Origin: an uncultured Arcobacter sp.
GTDB taxonomy: Bacteria > Campylobacterota > Campylobacteria > Campylobacterales > Arcobacteraceae
Assembly (NCBI GenBank): GCA_965140705.1
Contig: OZ223300.1
Coordinates: 1,184,001 to 1,248,000, forward strand
Direction of reading: 5' to 3'
Length of the DNA: 64,000 nt
Positions 29,188-40,569 of the stretch are shown one piece after another (the stretch's first letter is position 1; the number at the start of each line of letters is the position of its first letter). A program made the position numbers and the translations under genes. The notes beneath the pieces were generated by a model. That model was not told the origin of the DNA, made no database searches, and was given only the letters and a program-made list of their open reading frames with translations.

Positions 29188-31170
29188 GTGTTTTCAAAAA
29201 TAATTGATGATTCTTATTATCAAAAAAATATAAAAGTATTATTTCTACATACTAATAAAGATTTTATTTCTAAAACATCAAAATTATTAGAAAAGTATTT
29301 TTCTTCTATTTGTATCTCATCTAATGGTGAGGATGTGGAAGAAAAACTTAAAAAAGAGTATTTTGATATTCTTTTTATAGATATTGACTCTTTGGAACAA
29401 AATTCTATAGAGTTAGTTAAAAAAGTAAAAAAGATAAATCCTACGCTTTCTATTATTGCTTTTTCAGGGGATGATAATCTACCTCTATTAAAAGAATATT
29501 TAAAACTATCAATAGATGGATATATTTTTAAACCAATAATATTAGAACAATTTAATACAATCATCGAAAAAATATGTGACTATAAATGCAGTAAATATCA
29601 AGTTGATAATAATGTAAACTATTTAAATCAATATGTAAAAATAATTGATAGTAGTAATATAATTTCAAAGACAGATATTGAAGGTAAAATTACATATGTA
29701 AGTGAGAATTTTTGTAGAGTTACAGGTTATACAAAAGAAGAATTAATTGGAAGAACTCATCGTATTTTAAAGCATAAAGATAATACTCCACTTCTGTATA
29801 AAGATATGTGGCACACAATAAAAATTGAAAAAAAAGAGTGGCATGGTATTTTAAAAAATGTTTCAAAATCAGGAAAAGTTTATTATGTAAAATCAACCAT
29901 AATGCCTCTTTTAGATCTATCTGGAAATATAATAGAGTTTATAGCTTTTAGAGATAGTGTAAATGTAGTTTTAGATGATAAAAAACATTTATTAAATAAA
30001 ATAGAATTAAATACCTTATCTCTTTTAATACTAGTACAAATTGAAGAGTTTGATATCTTAGATAAGTTTTACAATATATTAAAAGTAGATCAAATAGAAA
30101 AAACTTTTGCATCAAATTTATTAGCTTATTTACCTGATAATTATGTTTTTGAAGATGTATATGCTTTAGGTGATGGAAGATATGCACTTTTAACTGATTA
30201 TTATTCTTTTGAAAAGTTAAATATGAAAATACATGATTATCTAGAAATGTTTGTAAAAAATGTAACAGAATCTGTTTTAGAAATAGATGGAATAGAGTAT
30301 GATCTAAATATTATTATTAGTTATTCTTGTGGGAAGTATAGTCTTTATGAAGATGCAAGAGCGGGTCTTGAAGAAGCAATTGAAAGAAATAAAATAATTA
30401 ACTATTCAAATGATTCTTCAATAAAAACAAATCAAGAGGCTAAAAAGAATTTTGAAGTTATCAAAATGGTTAAAATTGCCCTTGATAATTATAAAATCGT
30501 CTCTTATTTTCAGCCAATAATCAATAATAAAACAAAAGAAATAGAAAAATATGAGTCTTTAGTTAGACTTATAAATGAAAAAGGAGAAGTTATATCTCCC
30601 ATAGAGTTTTTAAATATCTCTAAAAAAGGTAATTATTATAATAAGATTACTTCAAGAGTTTTAGAGAACTCTTTTAAAATGTTAGATTTTGTAAATACAA
30701 AACTCTCTATAAATCTATCTGCTTTGGATATAGAAAAAGAGCAAACAAGAAAAGAGATTTTTACTTTACTTGATAAATATAAAAAAGATAATAAGAGAAT
30801 TGTTTTTGAACTTCTAGAAGATGAAAATGTAAAAGATTTTAGAAGTATTAAACTCTTTATTAGAAAAGTTAAAAGAAGAGGTGTAATGATTGCAATTGAT
30901 GATTTTGGAGCAGGATATTCCAACTTTGAAAGATTGCTTGATTTTGAACCAGATATTTTAAAAATAGATGGCTCTTTAGTAAAAAATATTGAAAAAGATT
31001 CTTTTAGTAGAAATATTATTGAAACAATTGTCTCTTTTGCAAAAAAACAAAATATTTTAACAATTGCAGAGTATGTAGAAAATGAGTCAATATTTAAATT
31101 ATTAAATGAAATAGGAGTTGATTATTCTCAAGGTTATTATTTTGGTAAGCCAGAAGATTTAATTAACTAA
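29188..31170 (+). CDS. REC-PAS-(degenerate GGDEF)-EAL c-di-GMP phosphodiesterase
   Basis: REC-like N-terminus; PAS (VSENFCRVTGYT); YFQPI..YESLVRL; DDFGAGYSN; LKIDGS; AEYVE; QGY. Confidence 0.88.
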   Translation: MFSKIIDDSYYQKNIKVLFLHTNKDFISKTSKLLEKYFSSICISSNGEDVEEKLKKEYFDILFIDIDSLEQNSIELVKKVKKINPTLSIIAFSGDDNLPLLKEYLKLSIDGYIFKPIILEQFNTIIEKICDYKCSKYQVDNNVNYLNQYVKIIDSSNIISKTDIEGKITYVSENFCRVTGYTKEELIGRTHRILKHKDNTPLLYKDMWHTIKIEKKEWHGILKNVSKSGKVYYVKSTIMPLLDLSGNIIEFIAFRDSVNVVLDDKKHLLNKIELNTLSLLILVQIEEFDILDKFYNILKVDQIEKTFASNLLAYLPDNYVFEDVYALGDGRYALLTDYYSFEKLNMKIHDYLEMFVKNVTESVLEIDGIEYDLNIIISYSCGKYSLYEDARAGLEEAIERNKIINYSNDSSIKTNQEAKKNFEVIKMVKIALDNYKIVSYFQPIINNKTKEIEKYESLVRLINEKGEVISPIEFLNISKKGNYYNKITSRVLENSFKMLDFVNTKLSINLSALDIEKEQTRKEIFTLLDKYKKDNKRIVFELLEDENVKDFRSIKLFIRKVKRRGVMIAIDDFGAGYSNFERLLDFEPDILKIDGSLVKNIEKDSFSRNIIETIVSFAKKQNILTIAEYVENESIFKLLNEIGVDYSQGYYFGKPEDLIN

Positions 31171-32587
31171 GGGTTTTACTTTTTTTAATAATACTTTTTA
31201 TCATATTTGTAAAAACAAAATAGTGCAAAGGAACAAGTATATACCAATATGCTCTTCCTAGAACTCCTCTTGGATAAAAATATGCTGATTGAATAAATTT
31301 ATCATCTTCTATTTTAAACTCAAGCCATGCACTTCCTGGTAGTTTCATTTGTGCAAATAGCAGTAACCTTTCATTTTCTTTTATATCTACTACTTTCCAA
31401 AAGTCTAAGCTCTCACCAATTCTCAATTCATCTTGACTTCTTCTTCCTCTTTTTAAACCAACTCCACCAATAACTTTATCAATAATCCCTCTTAATTCCC
31501 ATAAAAAATCATAATCAAACCAACCCTGTTCTCCTCCAATACTCATAAAGCTTTTATATACATTTTCTTTTGGTATATTCGTAATATCTATTTCTTTTCT
31601 ATCAATAAATATCGCATCTGCAATCTCTTTGATATGGTCTTTATCCCAAATTGTTCCAGCATGGTCACTCCATCTACTTATAACTTGATGTTTTTCTATT
31701 TCATCAACTGCTTTTTTTACTGAATCAATAAATGACATTGGTTTTATATTTGGAAAATATTTTTCTGCATTGTTATTTTGAATTATCACTTCAGAACGTA
31801 AACCTTCAATTAACTCTTTTGCAACTTTAAAAGGTACAGGTGTAAATAAATTTAACCAATAAGAAGATAATGTAATTGATAAAAAAGGAAGTGGAATCAA
31901 AATTCTTTTTAATCCTAGTGCTTTTGCTGTTTGAAGCATCATATCTTTGTATTGAAGCTGTTCTGCTCCTATATCAACTATTAGGTTCTTTTTTACTTCT
32001 AAATATAAAGATTGTTCTAGGTATTTTAATACATCTTCCACTGCAATTGGTTGTGCTTTTGTTAATACCCATTTAGGAGTTGTCATGATAGGTAGTTTTT
32101 CAGTTAGATTTCTAATAATTTCAAAACTTGTACTTCCTGAACCTATTATAACGCCAGCTCTTATCCATATTGTTTGAACTTCTTTGCAACTACTTAATAT
32201 TTCACCTGTTTCTAATCTACTTAATAAATGTTTACTTGTATGTTCATTTTTTACACCTAATCCACCAAGATAAATAACCTTTTTAACTTTACACTCTTTT
32301 GCTATTTCTATAAAATTTTCAGCTGAAATTTTATCAAGATTTTTATAATCATCACTATTTAAAGAATGTATTAAATAATAAGCAACATCAACATCTTTTA
32401 AAGCTTCTCTTAAACTTTTTTTATCAAAAGTATCACCTTCAAAAACTTCAATTTCTTTGGGTATTTTTGTAGAAATTGTTTTTTTATTTCTAACTAAAAG
32501 TTTTAAAATAATATTTTCATCTTGTATAAGTTTTTGCTTTAGTCTTCTTCCAATATAACCAGTAGAACCAGTAAGTAGAACTTTCAT
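31163..32587 (-). CDS. SDR-family NAD(P)-binding protein with DUF2867 (YbjT-like)
   Basis: LTGSTGYIG, AYYLIHS, GSGSTSFE; C-terminal DFWKV...AQMKLPGSAWLEF...GRAYWY. Confidence 0.85.
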   Translation of the reverse strand: MKVLLTGSTGYIGRRLKQKLIQDENIILKLLVRNKKTISTKIPKEIEVFEGDTFDKKSLREALKDVDVAYYLIHSLNSDDYKNLDKISAENFIEIAKECKVKKVIYLGGLGVKNEHTSKHLLSRLETGEILSSCKEVQTIWIRAGVIIGSGSTSFEIIRNLTEKLPIMTTPKWVLTKAQPIAVEDVLKYLEQSLYLEVKKNLIVDIGAEQLQYKDMMLQTAKALGLKRILIPLPFLSITLSSYWLNLFTPVPFKVAKELIEGLRSEVIIQNNNAEKYFPNIKPMSFIDSVKKAVDEIEKHQVISRWSDHAGTIWDKDHIKEIADAIFIDRKEIDITNIPKENVYKSFMSIGGEQGWFDYDFLWELRGIIDKVIGGVGLKRGRRSQDELRIGESLDFWKVVDIKENERLLLFAQMKLPGSAWLEFKIEDDKFIQSAYFYPRGVLGRAYWYILVPLHYFVFTNMIKSIIKKSKTLS

Positions 32588-32747
32588 TTTATTTCCTTTA
32601 TATAAGTCATTGTATCACTTAATAATGTCTTTTGGTAGATAAAATAAATGTATTAATTATATAAAAAGTGTAAAATATAAAATAAATTTGAGCAAAATTG
32701 TATTTTATACATAAATAGGTATAATTAATACTATAAATATAAAGGTT

Positions 32748-33329
32748 TTGATAATTAGCATGGATACAATAATTGAGTGCAAGCATTGTGGACTTTTTTT
32801 AAAAAGCAATAATGAAAAAATAAAATGCCCAAGATGTGGTTCACGAATAGAAAATAAAGAGCATAGTTTAGACTCTTTATATTATGCAATAACTGCCTTA
32901 CTCCTTTTTGTGCTTTTAAATATATATCCTATATTAACTCTATCTTTAAATGGTAATACTCTAAAAACAACACTTATTGGGACTATTAGTGTCTTTTTTA
33001 AAGAAGATTTTCTTTTTGTTGGGGCATTAGTGCTATTTACAATTATATTGGCTCCTATTTTAAACTCTCTTACAATTATATTTGTGTTTATTCAAAGTAA
33101 AATGAAAAGGAAAATTTTCTCATTTAGAGTTTTATATGATGGCTTTCACTTTTTTAAAACTTGGGGTTTTATTGAGGTTTATATTATTGGTGTCATAGTT
33201 ACATATATTAAACTTACAGGAATGGCTTCTAGTACAAATTTTGATACGGGATTTTATATTATGCTTTTTTATCTTTTCATATTTTACATGTCTAATAAAA
33301 AGTTTGATATAAAAAGTGTGTTAGAGTAA
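32748..33329 (+). CDS. PqiA/LetA-family membrane protein, N-terminal half
   Basis: CKHC...CPRC zinc ribbon plus TM region with WGFIEVY. Confidence 0.85.
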   Translation: MIISMDTIIECKHCGLFLKSNNEKIKCPRCGSRIENKEHSLDSLYYAITALLLFVLLNIYPILTLSLNGNTLKTTLIGTISVFFKEDFLFVGALVLFTIILAPILNSLTIIFVFIQSKMKRKIFSFRVLYDGFHFFKTWGFIEVYIIGVIVTYIKLTGMASSTNFDTGFYIMLFYLFIFYMSNKKFDIKSVLE

Positions 33330-33922
33330 TGATTTTAATATCTTGCAAAAACTGCCAAAAAGTCTATACAAAAGAAGATTATAGTGAATTTAAATGTGTT
33401 AGATGTGGACATACAGTAAGAAGAAGAGTAAAAAATACAATACAGACTTCTTTAGCTTTAGTTGTTACTGCACTTTTACTTTTTATTCTAGCTATGATTT
33501 ATCCAATGATGGAAATAACTGAGTTTGGTATAAAAGAAGAGAGCACAATATTTCAAGGTGTTATTTCATTTATTAATTATGGAGATTATTTTATTGCAAT
33601 TGTAATTTTTACGGCGAGTATTATAATACCTTTGGTTAAACTTTTAGTATTACTTTTTATATTTGTTTCATTGTGGATTAAAACACCATTTTCTAATAAA
33701 ACAAAACTAAAGTTATATTATTTTATTGAAATAATTGGAAAATGGTCTATGATAGATATTTATGTAGTTGCAATGTTAGCATCTACGATTCATCTTGGTG
33801 AAGTATTTAACATAAAAGGTGGAGTAGCAGCCACTGCATTTGCCTGTGTTGTAGTTTTGACTATGATAGCTGCACATAAATTTGATACGAGGATTATTTG
33901 GGATGAGCGAAGAAAAAATTGA
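33329..33922 (+). CDS. PqiA/LetA-family membrane protein, C-terminal half
   Basis: CKNC...CVRC; IGKWSMIDIYVV; FDTRIIWD. Confidence 0.85.
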   Translation: MILISCKNCQKVYTKEDYSEFKCVRCGHTVRRRVKNTIQTSLALVVTALLLFILAMIYPMMEITEFGIKEESTIFQGVISFINYGDYFIAIVIFTASIIIPLVKLLVLLFIFVSLWIKTPFSNKTKLKLYYFIEIIGKWSMIDIYVVAMLASTIHLGEVFNIKGGVAATAFACVVVLTMIAAHKFDTRIIWDERRKN

Positions 33923-36545
33923 AACTTTAGTTTATGAACCTAAAAATACAGATAATAAGTCTATTTCATTTATTTGGCTTTTGCCACTTGTTGTTTTGAT
34001 GATTTTAGGTTGGATTGCTTATGAAAGTTATACTAAAAAAGGTACAAATATTAGTGTTATTTTTAAAAATGCAGAAGATTTAAAAGAGGGAGTAACTCCT
34101 TTAGAGTATAAGGGTTTAGTTCTTGGGAAAGTAACTAAAATAGAGATAAATGATTTAAATAGTGTCAAAGTAAATATTTTAGTAAATAGTGATGTGGCAA
34201 AATATGTTGCTACAGAAGGAGCTGGTTTTTGGATAAAAAAACCTACTATCTCACTTACAAAAGTCTCTGGACTTGGTACTTTATTAAGCGGAAATAAAAT
34301 AGAATTATATCCCAAATATAAAACTTTAAAAGAGTTTGAAAATGCAAAACCCAAATATGAATTTACAGGATTAGATACCAAACCTAGTTTATTAGAAGAT
34401 AGTAATGGTTATTATATAAATATTCTTTCTAGGGGTGAGAATCTAATAGAAGTAGAGACACCAATTTTTTATAATAGATTCCAAATAGGTGAAATATCAT
34501 CAAAAGAGTTTAAAGAGGGTAAAGTTTACTTAAAAGCTTATATTTATGATAAGTATAAATATTTAGTAAATAAGAGTTCTCATTTTATTATGAATAAGGC
34601 TCTAAAAGTCAATTTTGGGCCTGGTGGATTAAATTTAGAAATCAGTTCTTTGTACTCTGCAATTGTAGGTGGAATTACAGTTGAAACCCCCAATAAAGAT
34701 GCCCCAAAAATAGAAGAAGATAAATATTATATTTTAAGTGATGATAAAAAAGAGTTTATACAAAGAACACCTATAACTTTGAAGTTTACGGATGCAAAGG
34801 GAGTAGGAATGAATACTCTTATTATGTATAAAGGTGTAGAAGTAGGGAAAATAGATGATTTACAACTCAAAGAAGATAGTATCATAGCAAAAGCTTATGT
34901 TTATAAAAAATATGATTATCTTCTAAGTGAAAATAGTACTTTTAATATAGAAGAGACAGAAGTTAGTTTAGATGGAGTAAAAAATTTAAATTCAATTGTT
35001 AGTGGAAATTATTTGACAATAAATTATAAAAAAGGAAAACCAAAAGACTCTTTTGAAGTTGTAAATAATAGTATGGAAAGAGTTGATAATGATTTGGTGG
35101 TTACTTTAAAAACTCAAAATCTCAATTCAATAACAAAAAATAGTAAATTGTATTTCAAAAATATTCCAATAGGAAAAGTTTTAGATTACTCTTTATCTAG
35201 GGATTTCAAGCACGTAAATATCTCACTTTTGGTAAAGAAAAAATATAAAAAACTAATAAATAACAAATCGCTTTTTTACGATATGAGTTCAAAATTAATA
35301 GAACTTAAAAATTTAGATTTAGATATAAACTATGATGGTATAAAACCACTTATAGATGGTGGTATAGGACTTGTTGAAGTTGATAGAAAAGCAAAATATA
35401 GCAAAAAAAGTTTTAAATTGTATAGCTCTTATAAAGATGTTCAAACTCTTAAAAGAGAGTACAGTCATGGTTCATATTTAAATGCATACTTTGATAATGG
35501 TTTTAATCTAAAAGTAAATCAAGCAATAAGTTATAAAAATCAAGAGATAGGTTTTGTAAAATCAATCAAATTTGGTGAAAGAAAATCAAAAGTAAAACTC
35601 TTTATTTATAGAAAATATATGAAATATATAAGTAAAAAAAGTAGATTTTATAAAAAAGATGCCATCAAAGTTGATGCCTCAATGGGAGGAGTTTTATTTG
35701 AAGTTGATAATTTATCTTCACTTTTATATGGCTCTTTAGAACTTGATAATAGTTCTAAAACAAGCTTTCCAAAATATGAAATTTACTCTTCTTTTGATGA
35801 TATGAAAAACTTTTCAAATACTATTTCTATACTATTTGATGATGTGGAAGGATTAAGACAACAATTTTCAAAACTAAATTATAAAGGTGTAGATATAGGA
35901 AAAGTATCTAATATCATTTTAACACCTCAAAATAAAGTTTTAGTAAAAATTCAAGTATTTAAAAACTATGATAGATTTTCAAAGAAAGGAACAATTTTTT
36001 ATCTTAAAAAGCCAAAGGTTAGTTTAAATGAAGTTAAAAATATAGGTTCAACGATTCTACCCGTTGATATTGGAGTTATTGCTAGTACAAAAAATGCTTT
36101 TCAAAATAGTTTTAAAGGATATGATAGTTTAGAGGATATTAAAAAAGTTGATAATGGAGAGATAATAAGAGTCGCTTCTCTTTTCCCTACAAAACTTAAT
36201 GTAGATGCTCCAATATATTATAAAAATGTACAAATAGGAAAAATAAATAAAATAAATCTTAGTGGTGATGGCTCAAAAACTTTGATTGATTGTTTTATTT
36301 TCGATAAATATAAACATCTTATTAGAAAGAATTCAACTTTTCATGATATAAGTGGCTTCAAATTAAAATTTTCAATTTTTACAGGTACAGAGATTGAAAC
36401 AAATACTTTCACTTCAATATTAAAAGGAGGACTTTTAGTAGTGACACCTTTAAAGTATGGAAAAATGGCTACAGTAAATGATACTTTTTTATTAAAAAAA
36501 GAGTTAAATGAAGATTGGGAGAAGATAAATCCAAGTATAAAATAA
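33903..36545 (+). CDS. Seven-MCE-domain lipid transport protein (LetB/YebT-like)
   Basis: IWLLPL N-terminal TM; seven repeats of Y/F-K/N-x-x-x-I/V/L-G. Confidence 0.85.
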   Translation: MSEEKIETLVYEPKNTDNKSISFIWLLPLVVLMILGWIAYESYTKKGTNISVIFKNAEDLKEGVTPLEYKGLVLGKVTKIEINDLNSVKVNILVNSDVAKYVATEGAGFWIKKPTISLTKVSGLGTLLSGNKIELYPKYKTLKEFENAKPKYEFTGLDTKPSLLEDSNGYYINILSRGENLIEVETPIFYNRFQIGEISSKEFKEGKVYLKAYIYDKYKYLVNKSSHFIMNKALKVNFGPGGLNLEISSLYSAIVGGITVETPNKDAPKIEEDKYYILSDDKKEFIQRTPITLKFTDAKGVGMNTLIMYKGVEVGKIDDLQLKEDSIIAKAYVYKKYDYLLSENSTFNIEETEVSLDGVKNLNSIVSGNYLTINYKKGKPKDSFEVVNNSMERVDNDLVVTLKTQNLNSITKNSKLYFKNIPIGKVLDYSLSRDFKHVNISLLVKKKYKKLINNKSLFYDMSSKLIELKNLDLDINYDGIKPLIDGGIGLVEVDRKAKYSKKSFKLYSSYKDVQTLKREYSHGSYLNAYFDNGFNLKVNQAISYKNQEIGFVKSIKFGERKSKVKLFIYRKYMKYISKKSRFYKKDAIKVDASMGGVLFEVDNLSSLLYGSLELDNSSKTSFPKYEIYSSFDDMKNFSNTISILFDDVEGLRQQFSKLNYKGVDIGKVSNIILTPQNKVLVKIQVFKNYDRFSKKGTIFYLKKPKVSLNEVKNIGSTILPVDIGVIASTKNAFQNSFKGYDSLEDIKKVDNGEIIRVASLFPTKLNVDAPIYYKNVQIGKINKINLSGDGSKTLIDCFIFDKYKHLIRKNSTFHDISGFKLKFSIFTGTEIETNTFTSILKGGLLVVTPLKYGKMATVNDTFLLKKELNEDWEKINPSIK

Positions 36546-36648
36546 GAGAATTATTAATTTAAAAAAATAACTTTATATTAAGTTTTCATCTTGTAGAATA
36601 TTTTTATCAAAGGAAAAATTTTTTCCTTTAAAATAAAAAGGATAAAAA

Positions 36649-38076
36649 ATGAAAAAAATTATGACTACAACAGCTGGAAATCCAATTTCGGATAATCAAA
36701 ACTCAATGACAGCAGGTGAAAGAGGTCCTGTTCTTATGCAAGATTATCAGTTAATAGAAAAACTTGCCCACCAAAATAGAGAAAGAATTCCTGAAAGGGT
36801 TGTTCATGCAAAAGGAAGCGGTGCTTTTGGTGAACTAGTTATTACAGAAGATATCTCAAAATATACAAAAGCAAAAGTTTTACAAAAGGGTGAAAGAACT
36901 AGATTATTACTTAGATTCTCAACAGTTGCTGGAGAAAAAGGTGCAGCAGATGCTGAAAGGGATGTAAGAGGTTTTGCTTTAAAATTTTATACAAAAGAGG
37001 GGAATTGGGATTTAGTAGGAAATAATACTCCTGTATTTTTTATCCGTGATGCTTATAAATTCCCTGATTTTATTCACACTCAAAAAAGACATCCACAATC
37101 AAACCTAAGAAGTAATACAGCAGCTTGGGATTTTTGGTCACTTAGCCCTGAGAGCTTACATCAAGTAACAATTTTGATGTCAGATAGAGGATTGCCAAAA
37201 TCATATAGACATGTAAATGGATATGGTTCTCATACTTATAGTTTAATTAATGCTCAAGGTGAAAGATTTTGGGTGAAATTTCACTTTAAAACTAAACAAG
37301 GTATTGAAACAATTACAAATAGAGAAGCAGAAGCAATAGTTGCAAAAGATAGAGAATCAAATCAAAGAGATTTATTTGAAAATATAGAAAAAGAAAACTT
37401 CCCAAAATGGAGTTTTGAAATTCAAATTATGACAGATGAAGATGCAAAATATTGTTCATTTAATCCATTTGATTTAACTAAAGTTTGGCCACATAGTGAT
37501 TATCCTATGATAAAAGTAGGAGAAATGACATTAAATGAAAATCCTAAAAACTATTTCAATGAGATAGAACAAGCATCATTTTCACCATCAAATATTGTTC
37601 CAGGTATTAGTTTCTCACCTGATAAGATGTTACAAGCTAGAATTTTCTCTTATCCTGATGCTCATAGATATAGAGTAGGAACACATTATGAAATGTTACC
37701 AGTAAACAGACCAATAGTAGATGTAAATACTTACCATGCAGATGGAAGTATGAATTATGAAGTAAAAGAAGCAACAGATGCATATTATGAACCAAATAGT
37801 TTTAATGGACCAGTTGAAGATAAATCATTTGCAGAACCAGCATTTAATGTAGGCGACAGTGCTGATAGATATGACCATAGAGTAGGAAATGATGACTTTA
37901 CACAAGTAACGGCACTTTTTAATTTGATGAGTGACAATCAAAAAGAACAACTATTTAATAATATCGCTGAAGCAATGGATGGAGTTCCAAGTGAGATTGT
38001 AAATAGACAACTTGCACTTTTTGAAAAAGTACATTCTGATTATAGTGCAGGGGTTAAAAAAGCATTAGGAATCTAA
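36649..38076 (+). CDS. katA: Monofunctional heme catalase
   Basis: [43 protein letters not shown]. Confidence 0.97.
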   Translation: MKKIMTTTAGNPISDNQNSMTAGERGPVLMQDYQLIEKLAHQNRERIPERVVHAKGSGAFGELVITEDISKYTKAKVLQKGERTRLLLRFSTVAGEKGAADAERDVRGFALKFYTKEGNWDLVGNNTPVFFIRDAYKFPDFIHTQKRHPQSNLRSNTAAWDFWSLSPESLHQVTILMSDRGLPKSYRHVNGYGSHTYSLINAQGERFWVKFHFKTKQGIETITNREAEAIVAKDRESNQRDLFENIEKENFPKWSFEIQIMTDEDAKYCSFNPFDLTKVWPHSDYPMIKVGEMTLNENPKNYFNEIEQASFSPSNIVPGISFSPDKMLQARIFSYPDAHRYRVGTHYEMLPVNRPIVDVNTYHADGSMNYEVKEATDAYYEPNSFNGPVEDKSFAEPAFNVGDSADRYDHRVGNDDFTQVTALFNLMSDNQKEQLFNNIAEAMDGVPSEIVNRQLALFEKVHSDYSAGVKKALGI

Positions 38077-38077
38077 T

Positions 38078-38560
38078 ATGGAAGTTTCTCTTGAAGAGCA
38101 AAAAAGGTATGAAGAACTTCAAGTTATGGCATTGGAGTTTGCAAGACGCGGGCAAACAGAAGATTTAAAAGCTATGCTTGATGTTGGTATGCCTATAAAT
38201 TTGTGTGATCATAAAGGTAATACCTTACTTATGTTAGCTTCATATAATGGTAATCTTGGAACAACTAGAATGCTTATTGATTTAGGTGCCCAAGTTGACA
38301 AAAAAAATGATAGGGGACAAACACCACTTGCAGGTGTTTGTTTTAAGGGTTATTTGGAAATAGTAAAAGAGTTAGTAAGTTCAGGAGCAAATATTTATGA
38401 AAATAATGGAATGGGAACAACACCTATAATGTTTGCTTCTATGTTTGGAAATTATGAGATTGTTAAGTATTTAAATTCTCAAAATAGTAGTTTCAAATCT
38501 AAACTTTACTTAGCTATTTCAAAACTGTTTTCTTTATTAAAAGGGTTATTTAAAAAATAA
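38078..38560 (+). CDS. Ankyrin-repeat catalase accessory protein (Cj1386/AnkB-like)
   Basis: GNTLLMLASYNG, GQTPLAGVCFKG, GTTPIMFASMFG; directly after katA. Confidence 0.85.
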   Translation: MEVSLEEQKRYEELQVMALEFARRGQTEDLKAMLDVGMPINLCDHKGNTLLMLASYNGNLGTTRMLIDLGAQVDKKNDRGQTPLAGVCFKGYLEIVKELVSSGANIYENNGMGTTPIMFASMFGNYEIVKYLNSQNSSFKSKLYLAISKLFSLLKGLFKK

Positions 38561-38580
38561 GAGGATTTGACCTCTTATTT
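38555..38580. terminator. Bidirectional terminator overlapping two stop codons
   Basis: AAATAAGAGG / CCTCTTATTT. Confidence 0.6.
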
Positions 38581-40452
38581 TATATAGTTGCTTTTTTTAT
38601 CACTTGTATCTAATTCTTGACCAATCTCTTTGTATCTTGCAAAATAGTGTTTTACAAAGTCGTTTATATTTTCATCTATTGGCATAAAGTATTTTCCATC
38701 TTTTTTAGCAAAATTATTTAAAAATTGTGTTGCATCTTTTTTATCTAAATAGTGTTTTGCTAGGTCTGTATAAGTCTTGATATACCAAGTTTTTAATTTC
38801 TCAAACTTTTCATCACTTAAATCTATGCTTAGTTTTTCATTTTCCCAAGATAGAACTTGTGATTCAAATAGACCATTTAAGTGAATCAACCCTTCACAAT
38901 AATAAGGCTGTACTTCATCAACTTCCATCCAACCTATAAGTCCAACAGCTCTTTTTACACTATCAATTAAAACTTGTCTTTGAAGATGTTTCTCATCACT
39001 ATCTTTGTCTAAGAAAAATGAAATAAGTCCACCAGTTGTCGCTTTGAACTCTTCTATATTTTTAAAATTACCTGTTTTATTCATTACTGATTCTGTCTCA
39101 TCATCGCACCATAAAATATGTCCATATTCATGTCCAATGGTTGTGATGTCATAAACTTGGTGCCAAGATGCTGTTTCATTAAATAAAAATTTTCTATCTT
39201 CACTTAAAAATTCATTCCCAAATATTTCGGCACTTAAACGTAAAAATGGTTTAGCGCGACTAGTTTGTAAAATCTCATCTGCAAAGGCAAATATTTTTTT
39301 ACCTTCTTCCTTTGATACTATTTCATCATTTGGTACAACTTGTGCTGAAAAAAGTCCATTTAATTCTGCACCAAAGAATATCGCTGGTCGACCAATATAT
39401 AGTTGAACCTTATCTAAAGATTTTAGAGAAAAGTCATAAATATTTTTATAAGAAGAGTTTTCTTCAAATCTAGAAAATATATTTGCAAAAGCTGATTTTA
39501 TTTTATTTACTCTGTGATCATTTTGTGCGAATTCTGGATTTGTAAATCTTATATCCCACTCTAATGCAACCGCTTTTCTAAAGTGGTCTTCATAGTATTC
39601 AAGTGGATGTCCTATTTGAATTGGTGATTTTATTTTCATCCAAGCTCTATCCACATTTGCCCATTTTTCTACTAGTGAATTCTCTTTAGTTTCTGAAAAG
39701 GCTAAGATAAGTGATTGGATATATAAAATATAATCCCACTTATGACCAAAGACATCATCTTCATACTCTAGTAAATTTTCTTCAAAAGCTTCAAGGGCAT
39801 TTATCACTTCTGTTGTTTGTTTTTTGAAAGCTTTTATATAAGCTTGACTTTCATATCCATCACCTTTTTTTACTAATGCTGAGTATGATCTATCAGCTGT
39901 CATTGAATTATGTCCTAAATCAAATAAGGAGTTATTCTCTAGATAATCAAAAACTTTCTCTTCATCACCATCAAATTTTGCCAATAATTCTTTATTTATG
40001 TCATTTATTATGTGTGCTGTCCAAGAACTTTGCCATGATGACATTTTGATTCCCACATTATAAACCCCTTGAAAAATGGCTTGATAAAATGGGGTTAAAA
40101 GATTATTATCTTTTATATAATCAAGGGTTTTTTTGTGTTTGTTATGCCAAAACTCTTTTACAAAAAGGTATGCTTTTTCTTGTAGTTCTATAACTTCTTT
40201 TTCATCAAATCCAAGTTTTTTGAGTACTTGTACTAAAGAATCATCTCTAAGATTTACTATTCTAGTAACTAGTGCATATCTTAGGTCATCATTCATGTCT
40301 ATATTTAAACTTTTTGCGAAATCATCTATAAGTGTTAATTTATTATATTGTTTATCTTCTAGTGCTGATACTAATTTGTTCACATCATTTTTTTGAGTGT
40401 TTAAATATTCGTAGATTTTTTTCGAATCTTTTAAAAACTGTTCTTTATTCAT
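38575..40452 (-). CDS. ciaB: Campylobacter invasion antigen B homolog (HEXXH protein)
   Basis: QIGHPLEYYEDHFRKAVALEWDIR, GAELNGLFSAQVVPNDE, TIGHEYGH, NIEEFKAT. Confidence 0.88.
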   Translation of the reverse strand: MNKEQFLKDSKKIYEYLNTQKNDVNKLVSALEDKQYNKLTLIDDFAKSLNIDMNDDLRYALVTRIVNLRDDSLVQVLKKLGFDEKEVIELQEKAYLFVKEFWHNKHKKTLDYIKDNNLLTPFYQAIFQGVYNVGIKMSSWQSSWTAHIINDINKELLAKFDGDEEKVFDYLENNSLFDLGHNSMTADRSYSALVKKGDGYESQAYIKAFKKQTTEVINALEAFEENLLEYEDDVFGHKWDYILYIQSLILAFSETKENSLVEKWANVDRAWMKIKSPIQIGHPLEYYEDHFRKAVALEWDIRFTNPEFAQNDHRVNKIKSAFANIFSRFEENSSYKNIYDFSLKSLDKVQLYIGRPAIFFGAELNGLFSAQVVPNDEIVSKEEGKKIFAFADEILQTSRAKPFLRLSAEIFGNEFLSEDRKFLFNETASWHQVYDITTIGHEYGHILWCDDETESVMNKTGNFKNIEEFKATTGGLISFFLDKDSDEKHLQRQVLIDSVKRAVGLIGWMEVDEVQPYYCEGLIHLNGLFESQVLSWENEKLSIDLSDEKFEKLKTWYIKTYTDLAKHYLDKKDATQFLNNFAKKDGKYFMPIDENINDFVKHYFARYKEIGQELDTSDKKSNYIK

Positions 40453-40569
40453 TATTTATCCTTTTAAAATAGAAGTTTATCATTTTATTGCTATTATTTT
40501 TATATACAATAAAAAGCTGTTATAATAAAAGTTAAAATTAATTATTACATTATAACTTTAGGATTTAAT

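Noticed and set aside
36649..38560. katA-ankyrin pairing as a novel system
   Set aside because: Already described (Campylobacter katA-Cj1386, Pseudomonas katB-ankB)
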